DNA from: Thermoanaerobaculia bacterium
Lineage (GTDB): Bacteria > Acidobacteriota > Thermoanaerobaculia > UBA5066
Direction: 5' to 3'
Assembly (NCBI GenBank): GCA_963719225.1
Contig: CAVRAY010000001.1
Span: 2,208,001 to 2,272,000, forward strand
DNA length: 64,000 bases
Position numbers and translations under genes: made by a program. This document shows, piece after piece, positions 1-6,949 of the stretch; within the stretch, counting starts at the first letter, position 1, and every line of letters starts with the position of its first letter. The notes below the pieces were generated by a model. That model did no database searches. It saw only the letters and a program-made list of their open reading frames with translations, and was not told where the DNA came from.

Positions 1-2
1 CC

Positions 3-227
3 TTCGACCTGAACGAAAACATTCATCGCTTTCATGACGGGCCGAGTCGCAGGCTCTACATTCACTACACTTCAGGGCTATACGAACTCGTCGTTGCGCG
101 CGCCGTCATTCAAGGGCTTCTTTCCGAGTCGTCGCTTCCCGAGGAAGTTCGCATCCATCTCGCCCCAGCCATTGCGCGTGAGCGAGAGGCCTTGAGGCAG
201 GCGCGCGAACCCGAGAGTGCGGTCTAA
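3..227 (+). CDS. Cassette ORF, 3' part only (hypothetical protein)
   Basis: Open frame from window start (FDLNENIHRF...AREPESAV*); its TAA lies inside the GTCTAAC box of the attC. Confidence 0.65.
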   Translation, partial: FDLNENIHRFHDGPSRRLYIHYTSGLYELVVARAVIQGLLSESSLPEEVRIHLAPAIAREREALRQAREPESAV

Positions 228-301
228 CAACGCGCTGCAGCGGACTCGTCGTCAGTCGCTGCGCTCCTTCCTCCTCGCCGCTGAGCTTGATATCGTTAGG
301 C
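222..301 (+). repeat. attC site
   Basis: GTCTAAC...GCTGCAGCGG...CCGCTGAGC...GTTAGGC; R''/L''/L'/R' imperfect palindrome, 80 bp. Confidence 0.9.
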
Positions 302-335
302 GGTGAATCGCCAAGTTGCCTTAAAGGAGGAGCAA

Positions 336-782
336 ATGCCCAAGACATCGCTGCGATGGTTCAGTGGATTGACCGTATTCGGTCTCGGTCTCGCGCTCGG
401 CGCCTTTGTTCGCGCGGACGCGCAGAAAGAGACCCCGATCAGAAGCGAGCAGGCGGCACCTGAGACGCGAGGTGTTACGGTGAAGCCACTAGCAGCGCTT
501 GACCTTGGCCCTGAAATCGAGGGGATGGCAGGGCGCCAACTTCGAATGCGAATGGTAACTATCGAACCTGGAGGGGTCTTCGGCCCGATTCACAGCCATA
601 AAGACAGGCCCGGCGTGGTCTACATACTGCAAGGAACCATCACTGACCATCGAAATGGAGCGGCTAAGGATTATGGCCCGGGAGTGGGCTGGCCCGAGGA
701 TAAGAACACCACACACTGGCTTGAGAATAGAGGAACGATGTCAGCTGTGGAAATCTCAGTCGATGTATTCAGGCAACAGTAA
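336..782 (+). CDS. Cupin-domain protein with signal peptide (cassette)
   Basis: AAGGAGG RBS before ATG 336; cupin motifs HSH..RPG.VYILQG and H.LENRG. Confidence 0.8.
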   Translation: MPKTSLRWFSGLTVFGLGLALGAFVRADAQKETPIRSEQAAPETRGVTVKPLAALDLGPEIEGMAGRQLRMRMVTIEPGGVFGPIHSHKDRPGVVYILQGTITDHRNGAAKDYGPGVGWPEDKNTTHWLENRGTMSAVEISVDVFRQQ

Positions 783-915
783 GCCCGGGCTTGTTGATCT
801 GCTGGAGACTAGCAACCCGACTGGCAGCGGTATCGTCTTTAGACCGGAAAACCGGGCCGAGGCGGCTGCAGCCCTCAGAGACCTGAGGAAGGGTGGAGCA
901 CCAGATTAACAGGCG

Positions 916-976
916 GCCTAACCCGCGGCTGCAGCGGACGCCCTTGCGGGCGCCGCTGAGCCGCAAGCCGTTAGAC
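916..976 (+). repeat. attC site (59-be type)
   Basis: GCCTAAC-CCGCG-GCTGCAGCGG...CCGCTGAGC-CGCAAGCC-GTTAGAC, 61 bp. Confidence 0.92.
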
Positions 977-996
977 GGCGAAATACATGGTGACGC

Positions 997-1328
997 GTGC
1001 TTCGACTCCTGACTGAGGCCGAGTTCCACGGAACTATGTCCACGCCGATGCGTCGTGTAGGAGAAGACGACCCAATCGCCCCGATCAATCTCAGGTCGTC
1101 CGTGGAAGAGTGCATTTCGCAGTACTCCTTCCAACCACCACAAAGGACATTGAGATTCACCACGCTTACCGAAGCGCCGACGGCATTCACACTCACGTCC
1201 TCTTCTGGTATGGCACGCCGAACAAATACCTCGTTATCGTGCTGGACGAGCCTGGCCGCAATGTAGTCGGGTACCACTTCCTCGACCTGGCCGAGAAGTA
1301 CGGCCTCGTGCCACCGAACGCCGTCTAA
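997..1328 (+). pseudogene. Cassette hypothetical protein, frameshifted near 1125-1132
   Basis: ORFs 997..1266 and 1110..1328 join into one plausible ~110-aa protein whose TAA lies in the GTCTAAC box. Confidence 0.6.
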
Positions 1329-1334
1329 CACCTC
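1323..1334 (+). repeat. Left part of an attC interrupted by the IS
   Basis: GTCTAACACCTC followed directly by IS-end-like ATATCTGGACTCCTCC. Confidence 0.7.
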
Positions 1335-1439
1335 ATATCTGGACTCCTCCTTGGGATCAAGTGCGGGCGGTCTGTGGTTTTTCTCCTTCTAAGAAATCAG
1401 GCGATCCCGGGTCGTCGGGGCGATTCCTGCGTGGGAACG

Positions 1440-1625
1440 CGATCGATGGTGATGAGCGGAGAAGGTCGCGACGGCACTCGTATCTACGGCCTCTTCTGTT
1501 GGAGCCTTCGTGGGCTCCGGGCCAGGATGAAATCCGCACACGGGGAGCCAATCGTTGTGCAACGGCTTCTTGGAGCCAGAGGTGTTATCGGCTTTGCCCC
1601 GTGTCGGTCGGACCGAGCTCATCTG
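1440..1625 (-). ncRNA. Putative bridge RNA / seekRNA region of the IS1111 element
   Basis: Non-coding 3' end of the IS; contains TAACACCTC (1579-1587) and GTTGCAC (1557-1563) matching attC, and AGATACGAG (1477-1485) matching the IS-end junction; boundaries approximate. Confidence 0.6.
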
Positions 1626-1685
1626 TCGCATCTTTCGCGTTCGTCGGCGGGAAGGGCTGACGGGTTTCTCTCCCACTTTCTCGTT

Positions 1686-2160
1686 TCAGGCAGAAGCGGT
1701 TGCTGGAGGGTTCTGAGCGGCGAACCTGGCCTTGAACGGCTCGCCCCGCGTTGCGACGGCCCAGATGATCCGGGCGAGCTTGTTTGCGACGGCGACTGCG
1801 GCGCGGTTTCGCCCGCGCCTGTTCTCGACCTCGAGCGCCCATTGCTGCAGGTCATGCGGCCTTTTCCTGCGATGGGCCGAGAGCAGCATCGAGCGGGCCC
1901 CGCCGATCAAAAGCGTCCTGAGGTACGGGTCTCCGGCCTTGCTGATCGACCCGAGCCACCTTCTCTTTCCGCTCGAGCTTTCCTTCGGCGTCAGCCCGAG
2001 CGAGCTCGCAAACTTCCGTCCCGACTTGAAGCGCAGGAAGTCTCCGACCATCGCAGAAAACGCCGTGGCGTTCAGGAGACCTACACCCGGAATCGTCTCG
2101 AGCCTCTCGACGAGAGGAGCCGTCCGGGCCAGGGCCTTCAGCTGCTTTTCGACCTGCCCG
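1686..2160 (-). pseudogene. IS110 transposase, C-terminal fragment
   Basis: Frame reads LETIPGVGLLNA...RFKSGRKFASSLGLTPKESSSG...GSISKAGDPYLRTLL...AVANKLARIIWA; N-terminal DEDD domain absent. Confidence 0.9.
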
Positions 2161-2226
2161 CTGCTGAACCGGCGGCAGGAGAGCGTCCAGCCGTCGCTTC
2201 GTTAGGCGGCAGAAAGCGCTGCCACG

Positions 2227-2459
2227 TTGGATTTCGAGCTTCTCTCTCCGATCACCGGGATCGAGACCATCGCACGCGGCGCGGCCATTCGCGAGGTCGC
2301 CCGGCTACGTCGGGCTCATGGTTCGGGCGCTGGCTCAAGCGGAAGGGCATCGCTTTCGTCCGCGCCGCCCATGGTCTAACCTATCGCGCGGAGATTCACT
2401 GGTATGAAGCGAGGGGCATCGGGCGCAAGGAACTCAAGGTCAAGCGGTACCTCCCGTAG
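2227..2459 (+). pseudogene. Small conserved hypothetical protein (toxin-like), frameshifted near 2320-2327
   Basis: TTG start MDFELLSPITGIETIARGAAIREVARLRRAHG, then after a frameshift GRWLKRKGIA...AEIHWYEARGIGRKELKVKRYLP*. Confidence 0.6.
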
Positions 2460-2573
2460 CGCGTTGTCGACGAGTCGGGCGAGGACTACGTCTATCCGAA
2501 GAACCTCTTCAGGGCCATCACTCTTCCTGCCCAGGTTCAGCGCGCGCTCGGTCACGCGGTCCCTGCTGCCTAA
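2460..2573 (+). pseudogene. C-terminal remnant of partner hypothetical protein
   Basis: RVVDESGEDYVYPKNLFRAITLP...AA*, no start codon; stop inside GCCTAAC. Confidence 0.55.
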
Positions 2574-2606
2574 CAACGCGCTGTAGCGGAATCGCTGCGC
2601 TCGCCG
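2568..2606 (+). repeat. Truncated attC (right arm deleted)
   Basis: GCCTAACAACGCGCTGTAGCGGAATCGCTGCGCTCGCCG, close to attC 222-301 but with no GTTRRRY. Confidence 0.7.
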
Positions 2607-2612
2607 CAAAAC

Positions 2613-2921
2613 ATGCCAGTCAGCGTTCGTTACTTCGTCGACGTACTCGGCTTCGAGCAGGCAACCTGGGGAACGGACGACTTTACGCACGTCGGGCGCG
2701 ATGGAAGGGGCATCTACCTCTGCCGAGGCGGCCAGGGAAATGCAGGAGCTTGGGTCTGGGTCGGCGTTGGCGACGTTCGCGCTCTCTACCGCGCATACAA
2801 GGAGCGCGGCGCAATCATCAGGCAGGAGCCCACGAACCGGCCGTGGGCACTCGAAATGCAAATTCAAGATCCGGATGGCAACGTGCTCCGATTCGGATCG
2901 GACCCAGAGGAACAAACGTAG
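2613..2921 (+). CDS. VOC/glyoxalase/bleomycin-resistance family protein, probably N-truncated
   Basis: YFVDVLGF and PWALEMQIQDPDGNVLRFG motifs; first beta-strand appears missing. Confidence 0.75.
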   Translation: MPVSVRYFVDVLGFEQATWGTDDFTHVGRDGRGIYLCRGGQGNAGAWVWVGVGDVRALYRAYKERGAIIRQEPTNRPWALEMQIQDPDGNVLRFGSDPEEQT

Positions 2922-3163
2922 GTTTCGAGAACGACAGTCCTCTTCATGAGCTCATCCGCAATGTTCCGCACGTCGCCCTTGAGGTGGACGATCTCGACGC
3001 CGCTCTCGAAGGTCAGGAGATCATTCATCCCCCCGGTTCCCCATCCGACGGCGTTCGCTCGGCCATGATCGTCCACAACGGCGCGCCGGTTGAATTCATC
3101 TGGTTCCGAAAGCGCCATGATATCGATGTGGGGCAGGTCCCGTGTCTTCTCGCATACGACTAG
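2918..3163 (+). pseudogene. C-terminal fragment of a VOC-like protein
   Basis: SPLHELIRNVPHVALEVDDLDAALEG...VRSAMIVHNGAPVEFIWF with no proper start. Confidence 0.55.
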
Positions 3164-3531
3164 GCTTCTTCCAGGAGCTCATGGGTGCGGACTCGGTTCT
3201 CTTGCACGGCACGCCGCCGGAGATCAACGCTCTCGTTCCACGGCTCTACGAATTCCTGGCCTCGCCTCTCGACGAATGGCCGATTCACGAACATGCTCTC
3301 GTTTCCAGTCACCGTCCCGTGCGCCTCTTCGCCTCGCGCTTCGGCATGACGAGCAGAAGCGGCTACCGCTGGCGCTGTTCGCCCGCAGAGCTGCCTTCCA
3401 TCCAGGCCGCGCTCCAGGCCTTGGCCGTTTCAGGCTCCGGCCACACGTACTTCATGCTCGCGGGCTCCACAGCTCGGCTGATCGTCTCGGCAGGCGAGTA
3501 CCCGGATACCTGGTGGCAGGCAAACGCCTGA
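3142..3531 (+). CDS. Hypothetical protein (probable last cassette ORF)
   Basis: 129-aa ORF on cassette strand ending in GCCTGAC (possible degenerate R'' box). Confidence 0.5.
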   Translation: MSSRIRLGFFQELMGADSVLLHGTPPEINALVPRLYEFLASPLDEWPIHEHALVSSHRPVRLFASRFGMTSRSGYRWRCSPAELPSIQAALQALAVSGSGHTYFMLAGSTARLIVSAGEYPDTWWQANA

Positions 3532-3650
3532 CAGCTTCTGGGTCGTGGCGTCAGTAATTTTCCCACCCTGCGCGGTGGTCGGCGGCCGCCGGCATCGCCA
3601 TCCGGAGGCTCTTCAGGGTTGCGTGACGAGCCTGCTACGCTCAGGGCCCC

Positions 3651-4553
3651 GTGCACGACATCGTCGGCGTTCTCGTCAACTCGCTCCTGGCCGCCGGCCT
3701 TTACGCCACGATGGCGTACGGGCTCGCGGTGATCTACGGGGTCATGCGCATCATCAACCTCGCACACGCGGGGATCATGATGTTGGGGGCGTACACGACG
3801 TTCACGCTCTTCACGCGGTTCTCGATGGATCCCTTCCTTTCGAGTCTCGTCGTCGTGCCCGTGTTCTTCGCCGGCGGCGTCGTCCTCTACCGGACGGTCG
3901 TCCGGCGTCTTCCGCGATCGGGGTCGACGCCCTCGATGGAAAGCCTCCTGCTCCTTTTCGGCGTGTGGCTCGTCCTCCAGAACCTCGCGTACGTGCTCTG
4001 GAGCGGAGACACCCAGTCGATCCTGACCTCCTACACGCTCAAGTCGGTCTCTCTCCTCGGCGTGCGCGTGGGCGTACCCGCGCTCGGGGTCTTCGGCATG
4101 TCCGCGCTCTCTCTCCTCATCCTGGAATTCGTCCTCCACCGCACGTACCTCGGGAAGGCGATCCGGGCGGTCACCCAGAACCGTGACGCCGCTCTTCTCT
4201 CCGGCGTGGACGCCGACCGGATCTCCGCGATCGCGTTCGGCATCGGAACGGCCTTTGCCGGGCTCGCGGGCACTCTCCTGTCCACGCTCTTCGCGTTCAC
4301 CCCCGACTTCGGGCGGAGCTTCCTGCTCAAGGCCTTCTGCATCATCGTGCTCGGCGGCCTCGAGAGCGTGACCGGCGTCGCCGCGGGGGCCTTCGTCCTC
4401 GCCCTCCTCGAGAACGGGACGGCGGCGTTCACGTCCGTCCCGACGTCTCTCCAGGACGCTCTCAGCTTCACGCTCCTCGTCGTCACGCTCGTCGTGCTGC
4501 CCCACGGACTCCCGGGACTCCTCCGCCTCGTGCGCGCACGGGGTAGCGGGTGA
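3651..4553 (+). CDS. livH: Branched-chain amino acid ABC transporter permease (LivH-like)
   Basis: GLAVIYGVMRIINLAH, GKAIRAV.QN motifs; hydrophobic. Confidence 0.9.
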   Translation: MHDIVGVLVNSLLAAGLYATMAYGLAVIYGVMRIINLAHAGIMMLGAYTTFTLFTRFSMDPFLSSLVVVPVFFAGGVVLYRTVVRRLPRSGSTPSMESLLLLFGVWLVLQNLAYVLWSGDTQSILTSYTLKSVSLLGVRVGVPALGVFGMSALSLLILEFVLHRTYLGKAIRAVTQNRDAALLSGVDADRISAIAFGIGTAFAGLAGTLLSTLFAFTPDFGRSFLLKAFCIIVLGGLESVTGVAAGAFVLALLENGTAAFTSVPTSLQDALSFTLLVVTLVVLPHGLPGLLRLVRARGSG

Positions 4554-5497
4554 GCTCGAAGAGATCGCTCGAGGCTGCCGGCATGCTCGCGGCGGCGGCC
4601 GCGCTTTTCTTCGCTCCCTCCTACCTCGAAAGGGGCACGCTGAACGACGTCTGGAGCGTCGCGCTGGCCGTCGTCCTCGCCTCCTCGTGGAATCTTCTCG
4701 GAGGCTTCGCGGGACAGGTTTCGATCGGCTATTCGGCCTTCCTCGGGATCGGCGCGTACACGACCGTCCTCCTCGCGCTGCGGGGCGTGTCCCCCGTCCT
4801 CACGCTGCCGCTCGGGGCGCTCTTTGCGGCGGCCTTCTCGGTGATCATCGGCTACCCGACGTTCCGACTCCGCGGGCCTTACTTCACGATCGCCACGATC
4901 GGCGTCGGCGAGGCCGTGCGCGTCGTGGCGTCCAGCGTCGCGTTCGCGGGCGGCGCGAGCGGGCTGAGGATGCCCGCCGGGTCCTTCGATTTCGAATCGA
5001 ACTTCCGCGCCATGACGCTCCTCGCCGTGGCCCTGGTCTGGATCGCGCTCGTCGTCTCGCGAAGCGCCTTCGGATCGGCCCTTGCCGCCGTGAAGCAGGA
5101 CATCGACGCCGCCGAGGCTCTCGGCGTGAACTCCACGCGGCTGAAGGTCATCGTGCATGCCCTCTCGGCCGCGCTGGTCGGCCTCGCCGGGGGCCTGTTC
5201 GCGATCAACTTCCAGTACGTGTCGCCCGGCTCGGTGTTCGACTTTCGCCTGAGCCTCACGATCGTGCTGATGCCGATCGTCGGCGGAGTCGGCACCGTCG
5301 CGGGACCCGTTCTCGGCGCGATCCTGTTCGGCTGGCTCCAGCTCAAGCTCCTGTCGATCCCCGCCCTCCTCAACTCCTCGCTCTTCATCTACGGGGCGCT
5401 CCTGATCGCGGTCATGCTCTTCGAGCCGAAAGGACTTCTCGGCCTCGTGAAGCGCCTTTCCGCGCGCCGCCTCAAGCGCTTCTACACCGATGCCTGA
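4550..5497 (+). CDS. livM: Branched-chain amino acid ABC transporter permease (LivM-like)
   Basis: WNLLGGFAGQVSIG, RLRGPYFTIAT motifs. Confidence 0.9.
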   Translation: MSSKRSLEAAGMLAAAAALFFAPSYLERGTLNDVWSVALAVVLASSWNLLGGFAGQVSIGYSAFLGIGAYTTVLLALRGVSPVLTLPLGALFAAAFSVIIGYPTFRLRGPYFTIATIGVGEAVRVVASSVAFAGGASGLRMPAGSFDFESNFRAMTLLAVALVWIALVVSRSAFGSALAAVKQDIDAAEALGVNSTRLKVIVHALSAALVGLAGGLFAINFQYVSPGSVFDFRLSLTIVLMPIVGGVGTVAGPVLGAILFGWLQLKLLSIPALLNSSLFIYGALLIAVMLFEPKGLLGLVKRLSARRLKRFYTDA

Positions 5498-6233
5498 GCC
5501 CATCGTCTCCGTCCGCGCGCTCACGAAGCGCTTCGGGGGCCTCGTGGCCGTCAAGGCCGTTTCGTTCGACGTCGCGGCGGGCGAGATCTTCGGCGTCATC
5601 GGCCCGAACGGCGCCGGCAAGACGACCCTGTTTTCGTGCCTGACGGGCGCGCAGCGCCCCACGTCGGGCTCCGTTCATCTTCGGGGAGAGCGCCTCGACG
5701 GACTGCCGGTCTGGGCCGTCGCGCACCGCGGGCTCGTGCGCACGCACCAGATCGTGCGGCCGTTTCGCGAGATGACCGTGGCGGACAACGTGGCCGTCGG
5801 AGCACGCTTCGGCAGGGGTCGAAGGCGTGGAGCCGACGAAAGCGCCCGCATCCACGAGATTCTCGAGCGCACCGGCCTCGTCGCGCGGGCCGGTTCTCTC
5901 GCGGGCACGCTGACCCTCGGCGACCTCAAGCGCCTCGAGATCGCCCGGGCGCTCGCGACCGAGCCCGACGTCCTGTGCCTGGACGAGATCATGGGAGGCC
6001 TGAACCCCGCCGAGATCAACTCCGCCATGGCGCTCGTCCGGGAGATGCGTGATCAGGGCCTGACGATCCTCCTCATCGAGCACCACGTCCACGCCGTGGT
6101 CGGGCTTTCGGATCGGATTCTCGTCCTGAACTTCGGCGAGAGGATCGCCGAGGGGCGTCCCGAGGAGGCGCTGCGCGATCCGGCCGTGGTCGCCGCCTAC
6201 TTCGGCGACGTTCCGGAGGAGGCCGCCCCGTGA
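5490..6233 (+). CDS. livG: ABC transporter ATP-binding protein (LivG-like)
   Basis: KRFGGL, GPNGAGKTT, LDE, IEH. Confidence 0.9.
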   Translation: MPEPIVSVRALTKRFGGLVAVKAVSFDVAAGEIFGVIGPNGAGKTTLFSCLTGAQRPTSGSVHLRGERLDGLPVWAVAHRGLVRTHQIVRPFREMTVADNVAVGARFGRGRRRGADESARIHEILERTGLVARAGSLAGTLTLGDLKRLEIARALATEPDVLCLDEIMGGLNPAEINSAMALVREMRDQGLTILLIEHHVHAVVGLSDRILVLNFGERIAEGRPEEALRDPAVVAAYFGDVPEEAAP

Positions 6234-6949
6234 GCCTCCTCGCCGTCGAGAGCCTCGACGTCTTCCATGGAAACGTCCAGGCCGTATGGGACGTCTCGTT
6301 CCGCGTCGAGGCCGGAGAAATCCTGACGCTCGTGGGCGCGAACGGCGCCGGGAAATCGACTCTGTTGAAGACGATCGCGGGCCTCCTTCCGGCCCGGCGC
6401 GGGCGCATCCTCTTCGACGGGCGCGACCTCTCGGACCGGCCGGCCCACACGCGGGCTCCCGACGGCCTCGTGCTCGTGCCGGAGGCGCGCCAGCTCTGGC
6501 CGGGCATGACGGTTCTCGAGAATCTCGAGATGGGGGCGTGGGGAAGGAGGGCGCGGTCGGATTCCTCGCGGACGCTCGACGAGATCTTCGCCATGTTCCC
6601 GGTTCTCGAGGAGCGCCATGCCCAGAAAGCCGGCACGCTATCGGGAGGAGAGCAGCAGATGTGCGCGATCGGCCGCGGCCTCATGGCCCGCCCGCGCCTC
6701 CTTCTCCTCGACGAGCCGGCTCTCGGCCTTTCCCCGCGCCTCGTCCGAGAGGTCTTCGCCTCGCTTTCCGCGATTCGCAAGGCCGGCGTCACGGTGCTCC
6801 TCGTCGAGCAGAACGTCGCTCATGCCCTCGCGCTCGCCGACCACGCCTGCGTCCTCGAGACGGGCCGCGTCACGCTCACGGGGCTCGCGCGCGACCTCGC
6901 CGCCGACCCGCGCGTGAGGGAGGAGTTCCTCGGGGTGTCGGCGGTATGA
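6230..6949 (+). CDS. livF: ABC transporter ATP-binding protein (LivF-like)
   Basis: GANGAGKST, LSGGEQQM, LLDEP, VEQN. Confidence 0.9.
   Translation: MSLLAVESLDVFHGNVQAVWDVSFRVEAGEILTLVGANGAGKSTLLKTIAGLLPARRGRILFDGRDLSDRPAHTRAPDGLVLVPEARQLWPGMTVLENLEMGAWGRRARSDSSRTLDEIFAMFPVLEERHAQKAGTLSGGEQQMCAIGRGLMARPRLLLLDEPALGLSPRLVREVFASLSAIRKAGVTVLLVEQNVAHALALADHACVLETGRVTLTGLARDLAADPRVREEFLGVSAV

Larger units (their letters stand above)
1335..2160 (-). mobile_element. IS110-family, IS1111-attC-type insertion sequence remnant (5' half deleted)
   Basis: Transposase C-terminal half, ~350-bp downstream non-coding end, reverse orientation inside an attC, terminal ATATCTGGACTCC. Confidence 0.8.
1..3531 (+). 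mobile_element. Integron gene-cassette array (distal part, decaying; intI not in window)
   Basis: Short same-strand ORFs of lower GC, each ending at or near an RYYTAAC box; intact attC at 222-301 and 916-976; partial attC at 1323-1334, 2201-2207 and 2568-2606. Confidence 0.85.

Noticed and set aside
1374-2459. 361-aa ORF on + strand
   Set aside because: Chimera: antisense of the IS remnant plus the frameshifted tail of a small cassette gene.
222-2606. attC repeats as a CRISPR array
   Set aside because: Gene-sized spacers, variable repeat length and RYYTAAC/GTTRRRY ends identify them as attC.
3532-3650. Possible attI, IS end or gene remnant between the cassettes and livH
   Set aside because: No recognisable motif or homology by eye.
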